Shown here: positions 17,666-26,470 of the stretch, piece by piece
Position numbering within the stretch: the stretch's first letter is position 1
Layout: each line of letters starts with the position of its first letter
Origin: Breznakia sp. PF5-3
GTDB lineage: Bacteria > Bacillota_I > Bacilli_A > Erysipelotrichales > Erysipelotrichaceae
Length of the DNA stretch: 32,000 bases
Assembly (NCBI RefSeq): GCF_029504745.1
Contig: NZ_JAQFIQ010000020.1
Coordinates: 9,553-41,552 of the forward strand
Direction: 5' to 3'
Made by a program: the position numbers and the translations under genes
Notes under the pieces: generated by a model
Database searches by the model: none
Told to the model about the DNA's origin: nothing
Seen by the model: only the letters and a program-made list of their open reading frames with translations

Positions 17666-19902
17666 ACTGCTTTACGTAAACTATTAGCTGTATGTGTTTT
17701 ACTATATTGAAGCATATCAAGTGGAGTTCCTTGAAAAACAACTTCTCCACCATTTTTTCCACCATTAGGACCAATATCAATAATCCAATCTGCCTGTTTG
17801 ATTACATCAAGATTGTGTTCAATGATAATTAATGTATTTCCTTTATCAGCCAGATGATTGAATAGCTTTAATAATTTTTTTATATCTGATATATGCAATC
17901 CTGTTGTAGGTTCATCAAAGACATATACTTTGCCTTTTTTATTTAGATGTTTAGCTAGTTTTATTCGTTGTAATTCTCCACCAGATAAAGTCGAAAGAGG
18001 TTGTCCTAAGGACATATATGCAAGTCCTACATCTTTCATTGCTTGAAGTTTCGTGTTTATCTTCTTATGGTCGAAGAACATCAATGCTTCTTCAATGCTC
18101 ATATTCAATACATCAACAATGTTTTTATGCTTATACGTATAAGAAAGTGCTAATTGATTATAGCGATTACCCCCACAATGTTCACAAGTGTTGATAATAG
18201 GATCCATGAATATAAGTTCAGTAATTAAAACACCCTTTCCTTGACATTTTTCACAGGCTCCAGTTGAATTGAAACTAAAATGGTCCTTTCCAACGTTACA
18301 ATGGTTGGCAAACAATGTACGGATATCACTTAAAATATCTAAATAGGTAGCAGGTGTAGATTTTGTTGAAGTGGTAATTTGCGATTGATCTACGTGAATA
18401 ATATCATTAGGATAAGTATTCGTAAAAACTTTGGATATTAAGGTACTTTTTCCAGATCCAGCTACACCACTAATCACATTTATAATGTGTTTAGGAATAT
18501 TTACATGAACATGCTTTAAGTTGTGTTGGTTTGCGTCTTTGATAGAAAAAGATGTATTCCATTTTCGAGGGGTATGATTAATATCTGTTTCTTCAAGTAA
18601 CGCTCTAGCAGTAAGTGTATCTGTAAGTAGTAGCTCTTTATAGTCTCCTTGAAAAACAATATTGCCTCCGTGTGTTCCTGCGTATTTTCCTATGTCGATA
18701 ATTTCATCAGCTATGGCGATGATATCACGGTCATGTTCAACAACAATGACCGTATTTCCTTTATCACGTAAATCTTGAAGTAATAATATCATTCTTTCGA
18801 CATCATGAGGATGCATGCCAACACTAGGTTCATCAAAAATATAAATCATATCTGTTAAACTACTCCCCATATAACGGACAAGTTTTAGACGTTGTGCTTC
18901 ACCACCTGACAAAGATGAGGATTCTCGATTTAAATGAAGATAGGGAAGACCAATATCAATCAATCGTTTGATACCTGACTTCAAAGTGTCTAAAACAGAT
19001 TGGACAGAAGCATCATGAATGGTTTCTAATACATGAATTAAATCACTTAATTCCATTTCACACATATCATTAATTGTATAGTTCATAATTTTACAATTCA
19101 AAGCAGCAGAGTTTAACCTTTTTCCCTGGCAATCAGGACAAAGATTTTGACTAATAAAAGAGTTTCCTTTATCTTTTATGGGGGTTATTAATTTACTTAA
19201 ATCTCTTGTTAGATATTTCTGTGTTATTTTGTGATAGACTCCTGTGATTTTTTCGTTAACAAGTTTTTTATCATGATTTCGTCTACCATAGAGAAGCAAT
19301 GATAATTCTTCATCTGAATATTGAGCAATTGGTTTATCCATGTCAAAAAGTTTTGATTCTTTATATTGTTTCCAATACCAAGTATTTGGAGCAAAAGTAG
19401 ATTCTTTTATACAACCTTGGTTAAGTGATTTATCAAAATCAACGAGTTTATTGATATCAACAGTCTTGGTTATTCCTATTCCTGAGCAGGTAGGGCACAT
19501 ACCGTTTGGATCATTGAAAGAAAAGTGTGATGCGCTACCAACAAAAGGTTTTCCAATTCTTGAATAGAGTAATCGTAAGCTGGTATACAAATCACTAATA
19601 GTTCCTACAGTGGAACGAATATTACCTCCTAGTGGTGTTTGATCAATGATGATGGAAGCACTTAAGTTTTCAATTTTATCAACATCTGGTCTTGGATATT
19701 TTGGCATTCTACCACGGATGAATGCAGGATAAGTATCTTTCATTTGTCGTTGTGATTCAGCTGCAATGGTATCAAAAACAATACTGGATTTACCAGAACC
19801 TGAAACACCTGTAAAGACAATTAATTTGTGTTTGGGTATCTGCAATGATACGTTTTTTAAATTATTTTGTTTTAATCCTTGAATGATAATGTTATTGTTC
19901 AT
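17653..19902 (-). CDS. UvrA-like ABC ATPase paralog lacking the UvrB-binding region (class II UvrA / DrrC-like)
   Basis: Two ABC modules are present (GVSGSGKSS with LSGGEAQR; GVAGSGKST with LSGGELQR). Zn-finger pairs are CPTCSGIG, CPDCQGKR, CEKCQGKG and CEHCGGNR. At ~750 aa it is much shorter than the ~940 aa of canonical UvrA. I moved the start to ATG 19902 (MNNNIIIQG), 6 nt after GGAGGAG. Confidence 0.85.
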   Translation of the reverse strand: MNNNIIIQGLKQNNLKNVSLQIPKHKLIVFTGVSGSGKSSIVFDTIAAESQRQMKDTYPAFIRGRMPKYPRPDVDKIENLSASIIIDQTPLGGNIRSTVGTISDLYTSLRLLYSRIGKPFVGSASHFSFNDPNGMCPTCSGIGITKTVDINKLVDFDKSLNQGCIKESTFAPNTWYWKQYKESKLFDMDKPIAQYSDEELSLLLYGRRNHDKKLVNEKITGVYHKITQKYLTRDLSKLITPIKDKGNSFISQNLCPDCQGKRLNSAALNCKIMNYTINDMCEMELSDLIHVLETIHDASVQSVLDTLKSGIKRLIDIGLPYLHLNRESSSLSGGEAQRLKLVRYMGSSLTDMIYIFDEPSVGMHPHDVERMILLLQDLRDKGNTVIVVEHDRDIIAIADEIIDIGKYAGTHGGNIVFQGDYKELLLTDTLTARALLEETDINHTPRKWNTSFSIKDANQHNLKHVHVNIPKHIINVISGVAGSGKSTLISKVFTNTYPNDIIHVDQSQITTSTKSTPATYLDILSDIRTLFANHCNVGKDHFSFNSTGACEKCQGKGVLITELIFMDPIINTCEHCGGNRYNQLALSYTYKHKNIVDVLNMSIEEALMFFDHKKINTKLQAMKDVGLAYMSLGQPLSTLSGGELQRIKLAKHLNKKGKVYVFDEPTTGLHISDIKKLLKLFNHLADKGNTLIIIEHNLDVIKQADWIIDIGPNGGKNGGEVVFQGTPLDMLQYSKTHTANSLRKAVKNT

Positions 19903-19994
19903 ATTACACTCCTCCATACCGTTTATTCTATAGGAAGGTAGATAGAAATTCTTGATATTTTTTGCTATACTTTAGCCAGATATATGGAGAATGT

Positions 19995-20870
19995 ATGAAC
20001 TATTTGCAAGCATTAGAGATTGCTATAAATTATATAGAAGATAATATGGAAAAGAATATTACAGTTTTTGATATTGCAAGGACTACAGGTTATTCATATT
20101 ATCATTTTTCACGTGTTTTCCAAGCTATAATTGGAGAATCGATTGGTTCGTATTTGAAGAGCAGACGTTTGAGTGAAGCAGCAGATGATTTGTTAAATAG
20201 TAATACAAATATATTGGAGATTGCTTTAAAGTATGGTTTTACAACGCATGAAGCTTTCACAAGAACGTTTAAGAAGCGATACCATAAGTCTCCATCATCA
20301 TATCGAAAGCACGGGGTTAGCTATTTTATAGAGAAAAAGAAAGTTATCGATTTTTCGATGTTAGAATATCTTGAAAAAAATCATAAGATTCAAAAACCAA
20401 AAATCATGAGAGTAGAGACTTTTACAACGATTGGAAAAAACTATCAAACAAGTCTTTTAAATAATGAAATAGTAAATGCATGGAAAGATTTTATTTCTTA
20501 TATTAAAAAAAATATAACGTCTATTCCCATTAGAAGTTATGCCTTATGCAATACAGATACTCCATATTATGATGAAAAAGGAGATGTTTTATTTTCGCAT
20601 CAATTATCAATTGATTATAGTAGTACTTATAAGAATATTCCTGATACTATGGAAAAACGTATTGTATTGGGGGGAAGATACGCAGTGTTTTTGCACCAGG
20701 GCAAAGTAAGAGATTTAGTAAAAACTTATGAATATATCTGGGGGATTTGGTTGTTAAATAATGAAGAGGAATTTGATGAATCAAGAGTGGATTTTGAAGT
20801 TTACGATGAACGCTTTTTAGGAACTGAACACTTGGAAAGTATCGTTGAAATTTTTATTCCTTTAAAATGA
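19995..20870 (+). CDS. AraC-family transcriptional regulator with C-terminal GyrI-like small-molecule-binding domain
   Basis: ATG 19995 lies behind TGGAGA. The N-terminal HTH pair reads ITVFDIARTTGYSYYHFSRVFQ and ILEIALKYGFTTHEAFTRTFKKRY. The C-terminal ~160 aa, ending FEVYDERF, are typical of GyrI-like/AraC_E_bind domains. Confidence 0.8.
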   Translation: MNYLQALEIAINYIEDNMEKNITVFDIARTTGYSYYHFSRVFQAIIGESIGSYLKSRRLSEAADDLLNSNTNILEIALKYGFTTHEAFTRTFKKRYHKSPSSYRKHGVSYFIEKKKVIDFSMLEYLEKNHKIQKPKIMRVETFTTIGKNYQTSLLNNEIVNAWKDFISYIKKNITSIPIRSYALCNTDTPYYDEKGDVLFSHQLSIDYSSTYKNIPDTMEKRIVLGGRYAVFLHQGKVRDLVKTYEYIWGIWLLNNEEEFDESRVDFEVYDERFLGTEHLESIVEIFIPLK

Positions 20871-20893
20871 AACACTTTTAGAAGTGTTTTTTA
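20870..20893 (+). terminator. Rho-independent terminator after the AraC-family gene
   Basis: AAACACTT-ttag-AAGTGTTT followed by TTTT. Confidence 0.8.
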
Positions 20894-20991
20894 TTAAGGG
20901 AAAAGTAAATCCTACCTTTTTAGTTCTTTATGTTAGGGACTATAGGAATAATTTGAATACTTTATGTTTATATTTGTTGCTATACTTTTAG

Positions 20992-21196
20992 AGTAGGTTT
21001 TAGGTTTTCTTTTCGATCCTTTCCTGTCCGGAAAGAAAACTTACCTACAACAGAGTCAATTTCCAACAATCTAATTTATGATTATGGCGCCCTTCATCCG
21101 TATTTTAAGTTTTTGTTTGGAAATTGAATCATGCAAAAAAGAGTTGTAATTTGATAGTTGATATAATAATAACTATTCAGTTACAACTCCTTTTTT
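20992..21196 (+). ncRNA. Candidate ~205-nt structured RNA (orphan sRNA or cis-regulatory leader), three hairpins ending in an intrinsic terminator
   Basis: An extended -10 TGCTATACT at 20978-20986 predicts a start near 20992. Hairpin 1 (20993-21048) has 6 bp, a UUU bulge and 14 bp. Hairpin 2 pairs TCAATTTCCAA (21056-21066) with TTGGAAATTGA (21117-21127). Hairpin 3 (21141-21189) is followed by T6. G-U pairs occur only on the + strand fold. No credible ORF is present. Confidence 0.35.
21141..21196. terminator. Long hairpin flanked by A6 and T6 (bidirectional intrinsic terminator)
   Basis: GAGTTGTAA pairs with TTACAACTC (9 bp) and an inner GATAGTT pairs with AACTATT (7 bp). A6 (21135-21140) lies upstream and T6 (21191-21196) downstream. 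It could terminate the + strand RNA and also the convergent regulator transcript from the minus strand. Confidence 0.65.
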
Positions 21197-21281
21197 ATGT
21201 TTGGGGTGTTTTATCAGCAATTCGTATACAGCAAGTGGAGCAGGAGAAGAATAGAAAGAAAGCGTAAGTGAGGAGGAAGAA

Positions 21282-21344
21282 ATGGATCTTCAAATAACAT
21301 CACCAAATGTGAGGATTTCTATTTATAGATGTATTATTCAATAG
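21282..21344 (+). CDS. Tentative 20-codon small ORF (MDLQITSPNVRISIYRCIIQ)
   Basis: AGGAGG at 21271-21276 sits exactly 5 nt before ATG 21282, inside a long purine tract. The 3' end overlaps the convergent regulator gene by 11 nt. I recognise no homology. Confidence 0.25.
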   Translation: MDLQITSPNVRISIYRCIIQ

Positions 21345-22761
21345 CTGCAATGATTTGATTAATTGTATCAGTTTCTAAAAAATCATCAATTAGTAAGATT
21401 TTTTGTCCGCTTGCATTTGCTGGTAGGGGAATGGTTGATAAAATGATATCAAAGGATTGAAAGAAGGCCCGTGAACTAGTAATTACTTGTTCATAGCGGA
21501 GCTTTGTGATATCAACTTTTTGAACATTACCAATATTAATTGAATTTTCAATTTTTGATGCCAAATAGGTAGCATGTTGATGACTGAAATCACTAATTAC
21601 TAAAATCATTTTCATTTTTGGCAAATGAATATACTTTGATGTATACACATTAAAATAATAAATAAACACATCAAATAAGACACAAAGGTTTAAACCAACT
21701 TTTTTAGATAATTTTTCAAGATGTACATAAGTGATTTTTGCTTTGTCTGGCTTTGTCTGTTGATATTTTTTTGCGAACCATTGCATTCGGCTATAAAATA
21801 GATAGGAAGGATATGGGAATATTTTACAATCTAGATAGATTCGATATAGTATGAAATATACAAAGTCTTCAACTTCGCCAATATGACCGATAGGAGAATG
21901 TTTTAAGATTGCTTTTGCTGTGTTTCTAAGTTCTTTAGTAACGCTTTCTCTTTCCTGAGAAGTTTCAAAAAAATCATAGGATATAATAATTAAGGAAAAA
22001 GATCGTTCTAACCCCGCAGGTGTTAGGTTAGGAAAAGAAAACTTATAACCATCATAAATACTTTTTTTAATATTTAAATTCACTTGATACTTTTTATCCA
22101 AAGGAAACCCTTGATTTTCTCTAACTAAAGATATAGCTAATAACATGGAATAATATAATGATTCTACACCATTGAAACTATCGACTGCAAATCGCTCTTG
22201 AATGATATTTTCTACATTTTTTTTACTAAAACTCAAATCAAAGGAAAAAGGTAATTCAAATCCATGAGATTCAATAAATGCAAAGGTAAAAAATTTACGG
22301 ATATAAGCTTCATTATCTCCAGCAATAAAATATTTACCTCGTTGAACTTCGATTTTTATTTTATATTTTATAAGTTCGTTATTAATTTTTGAAATTAGTC
22401 TTTTTAAGGTGGAATTGCTTACATAGAGTTTTTCACTATAAAAATTGATGTTTTGTTCTGGATTTATGAATAATTCTAATAGCCATTGAACACTTAATGA
22501 TTCGTTAATCATCTGGTGAAAAACTATTTTGTTGATAGCGTAGTTACGATTGGCTAAACGAATTCCATATTTTTTTGATGTTTCAATTGTTAGTAAATGC
22601 CCCCATTTTTTTCTAATGATATCCACATCTTTGGAAATCGCTCTAGTTGAGCATCCTATTGTTTGTGCTAATTGATTTACGGTAGTTCTTTCTACATCGT
22701 AAGAAAGGATTTCAATAATTTGAACAATCCTTTGGGTAGTACTGTCTAAAAGTTGTCTCAT
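21334..22761 (-). CDS. Mga/PRD-type (PCVR-like) HTH transcriptional regulator
   Basis: 475 aa. The N-terminal double HTH reads RIVQIIEILSYDVERTTVNQLAQTIGCSTRAISKDVDIIRKKW, followed by SNSTLKRLISKINNEL. The size and the C-terminal EIIB-like segment (MKMILVISDFSHQHATYLASKIE) match Mga/AtxA-like regulators. Confidence 0.65.
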   Translation of the reverse strand: MRQLLDSTTQRIVQIIEILSYDVERTTVNQLAQTIGCSTRAISKDVDIIRKKWGHLLTIETSKKYGIRLANRNYAINKIVFHQMINESLSVQWLLELFINPEQNINFYSEKLYVSNSTLKRLISKINNELIKYKIKIEVQRGKYFIAGDNEAYIRKFFTFAFIESHGFELPFSFDLSFSKKNVENIIQERFAVDSFNGVESLYYSMLLAISLVRENQGFPLDKKYQVNLNIKKSIYDGYKFSFPNLTPAGLERSFSLIIISYDFFETSQERESVTKELRNTAKAILKHSPIGHIGEVEDFVYFILYRIYLDCKIFPYPSYLFYSRMQWFAKKYQQTKPDKAKITYVHLEKLSKKVGLNLCVLFDVFIYYFNVYTSKYIHLPKMKMILVISDFSHQHATYLASKIENSINIGNVQKVDITKLRYEQVITSSRAFFQSFDIILSTIPLPANASGQKILLIDDFLETDTINQIIAAIE

Positions 22762-22813
22762 TCGACCTCATGCTTTCTCCCTCCAACAACCAATGGGTTG
22801 TTTTTTACCAAAT

Positions 22814-22843
22814 GAAAACACATTGCGTATGTAATGTGTTTTC
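22814..22843 (-). terminator. Possible terminator downstream of fda
   Basis: An 11-bp stem GAAAACACATT/AATGTGTTTTC. On the minus strand it is followed only by a weak U tract (ATTT). Confidence 0.4.
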
Positions 22844-22878
22844 TGTAAGTATAGTTATATCATATTTTTTTTCTAAAA

Positions 22879-23766
22879 TTAAGTAATAGATGCTTTATAA
22901 ATTGAATTAATTGACACAGAAAGAGTATCATTAAATTCCGTATCACTTTGTTGTACGCTTAGTCCTTCTGCTAAGGCTCTAGAGAAGCTAGCAATCAGAC
23001 CATGATTTTCTACCAATAATGCATTCGCTTCTTCACGAGAATAACCGCCAGACAGTGCTACAACGCGAATTACATGTGGATACTCCATAAGCTCTGCATA
23101 GAAGTCAGGTTCACTAGGAATAGATAATTTAAACATTATTTTTATTTTCTTATCCAATAATTCCAACTGCTTGAAAATCTCTTCTTTTAAAATTATTTCA
23201 GCTTCCTTTTTATCTGGAATGTGAATATCTACTTCAGGTTCTAAGATAGGGACAAGTCCAAAATCAGCGATTTGTTTACCAATTTCAAATTGTTGTCGAA
23301 CAATTTTTTTAATTCCTTCCCGATTTGCTTCTTTGATAACAGAGCGCATCTTTGTACCAAAAATATTTCTTGCTTTTGCTTTTTCTAATAGTTCATCTAA
23401 ATTTGAAATAGGTTTCATTACTTGAACACCATATTCTAATTCTTCTAGTCCTTTGTCAACTTTTAAAATTGGTATAATCCCTTTCACATCCCATAAATAA
23501 TCTGCAGTCAATTTGCCATCAATTTCACGATCCATAGTATTTTCGAATAAGATAGCCGCCAAGATATGTCTAGAAGTAAACGCAGGGCTTTTAATAATAC
23601 GTGTTCGCATTTGATGGACGAGTGAAAACATTTCTTCATCATTTGTGTAAGCATCTTTTGCAATTCCATACTGTGCAAGTGCTTTTGGTGTGCTACCACC
23701 ACTTTGATCAAGAGCTGCTATAAATCCTTTACCTGTATGCATACGATTTAATTGTTCATTATTCAT
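22879..23766 (-). CDS. fda: Class I fructose-bisphosphate aldolase (Staphylococcus Fda type)
   Basis: The protein is nearly colinear with S. aureus Fda as I recall it ([71 protein letters not shown]). I moved the start to ATG 23766 (MNNEQLNRM), 8 nt after GGAGG. Confidence 0.9.
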   Translation of the reverse strand: MNNEQLNRMHTGKGFIAALDQSGGSTPKALAQYGIAKDAYTNDEEMFSLVHQMRTRIIKSPAFTSRHILAAILFENTMDREIDGKLTADYLWDVKGIIPILKVDKGLEELEYGVQVMKPISNLDELLEKAKARNIFGTKMRSVIKEANREGIKKIVRQQFEIGKQIADFGLVPILEPEVDIHIPDKKEAEIILKEEIFKQLELLDKKIKIMFKLSIPSEPDFYAELMEYPHVIRVVALSGGYSREEANALLVENHGLIASFSRALAEGLSVQQSDTEFNDTLSVSINSIYKASIT

Positions 23767-23794
23767 AAGTATATCCTCCATTTCATATATTTTA

Positions 23795-23803
23795 ATTATA
23801 ACA
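23795..23803 (-). promoter_or_regulatory. Extended -10 element (TGTTATAAT) for fda
   Basis: The minus strand reads TGTTATAAT about 30 nt upstream of the fda start. The -35 element is weak. Confidence 0.4.
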
Positions 23804-23963
23804 CTCGTTAAGAAGGGAAAGATAATGGTTTACTCAATTAAATATGGTATACTGTATGAAACAATATACATCATAAGAGAGAAGGAGGGAGGAAGTCCAA
23901 CCATTTGATATTATACAATCGATAATATAAATGTTCTGTGGAAAAGTTAAGTTAATTATCACG

Positions 23964-24001
23964 ATTACTAAAACAATACTGATGACAGTAGTTTTAGTAA
24001 T
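23964..24001. promoter_or_regulatory. 38-nt near-perfect palindrome/hairpin upstream of the methyltransferase-phosphohexomutase genes
   Basis: ATTACTAAAAC pairs with GTTTTAGTAAT (11 bp) and TACTG pairs with CAGTA (5 bp), around loop ATGA with an AA bulge. No adjacent T-run is present, so it is not a typical terminator. Confidence 0.4.
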
Positions 24002-24060
24002 GATAATGACTTTGCATTTCACAGTTTTTTTATGATGTATATTGTTTTTAGGAGGAAATC

Positions 24061-24894
24061 ATGAATAAGAAATTAATCGATATTTATAAAGATTTACCAT
24101 TTCCATATCAAAAAAGCAATGAATTATTTTGGGATGATGAGTATATATCTAAACAGATGTTAAAAGCACATTTAGATAAAACAAGTAATTCAGCTTCAAG
24201 AAATTTAAAGACAATTATAAAATCAACAAAATGGATTTTATCTTTGAATTGTAGAAAGCAAAATCCGATGGTTTTGGATTTAGGATGTGGACCAGGTATT
24301 TATACGGAGCAATTTTATAATCTTGGATGTAAAGTAACAGGCGTTGATTTTTCGAAACGCTCGATTACTTATGCAAAACAAGTAGCGAATCAAAAAGGAT
24401 TAAACATAGATTATTTATATCAAGACTATTTAACACTATCCTTAAAGCAGGTATATGATATCATCACGATGATTTATTGTGATTACGGAGTATTAAATTT
24501 AGAGGAACGCAAACATATTTTAACTATGGTTTATGAGAACTTGGTAGAAAAGGGTGTTTTTGTTTTTGATGTTTTCACAAAAGCAAACTACCTTACATTT
24601 AAAAATAATGTAGAAGTTACATACGAAGAAAAAGGATTTTGGCGTAATCATCCTTATGTATGTATTAAACGTAATCATCAATATGACAATCATATATATT
24701 TGGAACAATATCTAATTGTTGATGATCAAGATGCGCAGTATTATAATATATGGAATACTAGTTTTAGTGTTGAGATGATTTTAGAAGAATTAAGTCAAGT
24801 GGGGTTTATTGATGTTACTATATATGCAGATTGCACAGGTAAGAAATACCACAAAGATAGTGAAACAATTTGTATCGTTGCAAGAAAGAAGTGA
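24061..24894 (+). CDS. Class I SAM-dependent methyltransferase
   Basis: SD TAGGAGG lies upstream. Motif I is VLDLGCGPGIYT, followed by VTGVDFS as the post-I acidic loop. Confidence 0.8.
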   Translation: MNKKLIDIYKDLPFPYQKSNELFWDDEYISKQMLKAHLDKTSNSASRNLKTIIKSTKWILSLNCRKQNPMVLDLGCGPGIYTEQFYNLGCKVTGVDFSKRSITYAKQVANQKGLNIDYLYQDYLTLSLKQVYDIITMIYCDYGVLNLEERKHILTMVYENLVEKGVFVFDVFTKANYLTFKNNVEVTYEEKGFWRNHPYVCIKRNHQYDNHIYLEQYLIVDDQDAQYYNIWNTSFSVEMILEELSQVGFIDVTIYADCTGKKYHKDSETICIVARKK

Positions 24895-24950
24895 TTGCAT
24901 TTCTAATTTGGTTTCGTTATGATGATTGTTGAGAGAAAAGAGGTATAATT

Positions 24951-26465
24951 ATGGATTTACTAAAATTACAAAATGGCAGTGATATTCGTGGTGTAGCAGT
25001 TGATGGTGTGGAAGGTGAGCCAATAACATTAACAGCAGATATTGTTTATGCTTTTGCAAAAGGTTTTGCAAAGTATTTGCAAGACAAAACGAATAAAGAG
25101 AAACTTCGTGTTGCGGTAGGACATGATTCAAGAATTAGTGCAGATGATTTAAAACATGCAGTATGCCAAGGTCTTAGTGATAGTGGTTGTCTTGTTTATG
25201 ATTGTGGATTAGCGTCTACTCCATCTATGTTTATGTCAACGCTTTTTGAAGAATTTCAAAGTGATGGAGCAATCATGATTACTGCTAGTCATTTACCATT
25301 TAATCGAAATGGGATGAAGTTTTTTGATAAAGATGGTGGACTCAACAAGAAAGATATTACGACTTTGATTACACATGCAAAAGAAGCGCAATTTCTATCA
25401 GGAATAGGAAATATTGAAAAACAAAATTTATTATCTACGTATTCGCAGTTTTTAGTGGATACGATTCGCAAACAAGTGAATGATCAAGAAGATTATGATA
25501 AACCATTAAAGGGCATGAAGATTATTGTTGATGCGGGAAATGGAGCAGGAGGATTTTATGCTGAAAAAGTATTATCTGTACTTGGGGCAGATATTACTGG
25601 TAGTCAGTTTTTAGAGCCAGATGGAATGTTTCCAAATCATATTCCAAATCCAGAAAATAAAGAAGCGATGGCTGCAATATGCAATGCAGTAAAAAAGAAT
25701 CATGCTGATCTAGGGTTGATTTTTGATACCGATGTAGATCGTAGCAGTGCAGTAGATAGATTTGGGAATGAAATTAGCAGAAACGCAATTGTAGCATTAA
25801 GTGCAGCTCTTGTTAGCGAAGACCATCCAGCAACAACGATTGTTACAGATAGTGTAACGAGTGATGAGTTACATACCTTTTTAGAAGAAGTATTGAAGGT
25901 AAAGCATTTGCGCTATCAACGTGGATATAAAAATGTAATTAATAAAGCGATTGAATTAAATGATAAGGGAATTGATTGTCAATTGGCAATTGAGACAAGT
26001 GGCCATGCAGCGTTAAAAGAAAATTATTTCTTAGATGATGGAGCTTATTTGGCAACTAAAATAGTTATAAAAGCGGCTAAATTGTTTAAAGAGGAAAAAT
26101 ACATTGATGAGTTAATTAGTGAATTAAAACATCCTTTAGAAGAACAAGAATTACGATTCCAAATCAAAAATACAGATTTTTCTGCATATGGAGATGATGT
26201 GTTGAAAGCTTTAGAGGTGTATTCTAAAGCACATCCACAGTTTCAATTGGCAAAAGAAAATTATGAAGGATTGCGGTTTTCGTTTGATAAAGAACATGGA
26301 AATGGATGGTTTTTGCTTAGAAAATCATTACATGATCCAATTATGGCATTGAATATTGAATCAAATACAAAGGATGGATGTAAGAGTATTGCAAAACAAC
26401 TCCTTGAATTTTTGAAAGAATATGATGGTCTTGATGTTTGCTCATTGGTTGACTTCATCAAGTAA
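24951..26465 (+). CDS. Phosphohexomutase (phosphomannomutase/phosphoglucomutase family)
   Basis: An active-site Ser loop variant is present (MITASHLPFNRNGMKFF), with the metal loop FDTDVDRS and the sugar-binding segment ETSGH. Confidence 0.85.
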   Translation: MDLLKLQNGSDIRGVAVDGVEGEPITLTADIVYAFAKGFAKYLQDKTNKEKLRVAVGHDSRISADDLKHAVCQGLSDSGCLVYDCGLASTPSMFMSTLFEEFQSDGAIMITASHLPFNRNGMKFFDKDGGLNKKDITTLITHAKEAQFLSGIGNIEKQNLLSTYSQFLVDTIRKQVNDQEDYDKPLKGMKIIVDAGNGAGGFYAEKVLSVLGADITGSQFLEPDGMFPNHIPNPENKEAMAAICNAVKKNHADLGLIFDTDVDRSSAVDRFGNEISRNAIVALSAALVSEDHPATTIVTDSVTSDELHTFLEEVLKVKHLRYQRGYKNVINKAIELNDKGIDCQLAIETSGHAALKENYFLDDGAYLATKIVIKAAKLFKEEKYIDELISELKHPLEEQELRFQIKNTDFSAYGDDVLKALEVYSKAHPQFQLAKENYEGLRFSFDKEHGNGWFLLRKSLHDPIMALNIESNTKDGCKSIAKQLLEFLKEYDGLDVCSLVDFIK

Positions 26466-26470
26466 TATAG

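Noticed and set aside
21078-21149. 23-codon ORF (MIMAPFIRILSFCLEIESCKKEL) inside the candidate RNA, considered as a type I toxin-like peptide.
   Set aside because: No SD lies upstream (the preceding sequence is CAATCTAATTT). The hydrophobic stretch is too short for a TM helix. The ORF spans hairpin 2 and the terminator stem. I kept it only as a note under the RNA finding.
21250-21270. A cre-like (CcpA) site was considered in GAAAGCGTAAGTGA, and elsewhere upstream of the PTS operons.
   Set aside because: It lacks the TG...CA symmetry of the cre consensus (WTGNAANCGNWNNCW). I could find no convincing cre by eye.
23834-24022. 62-aa hydrophobic minus-strand ORF in the fda/methyltransferase intergenic region.
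   Set aside because: It has a GTG start with no SD. The hydrophobicity comes from T-rich codons. It covers the palindrome and the putative promoters, so I treat it as non-coding.
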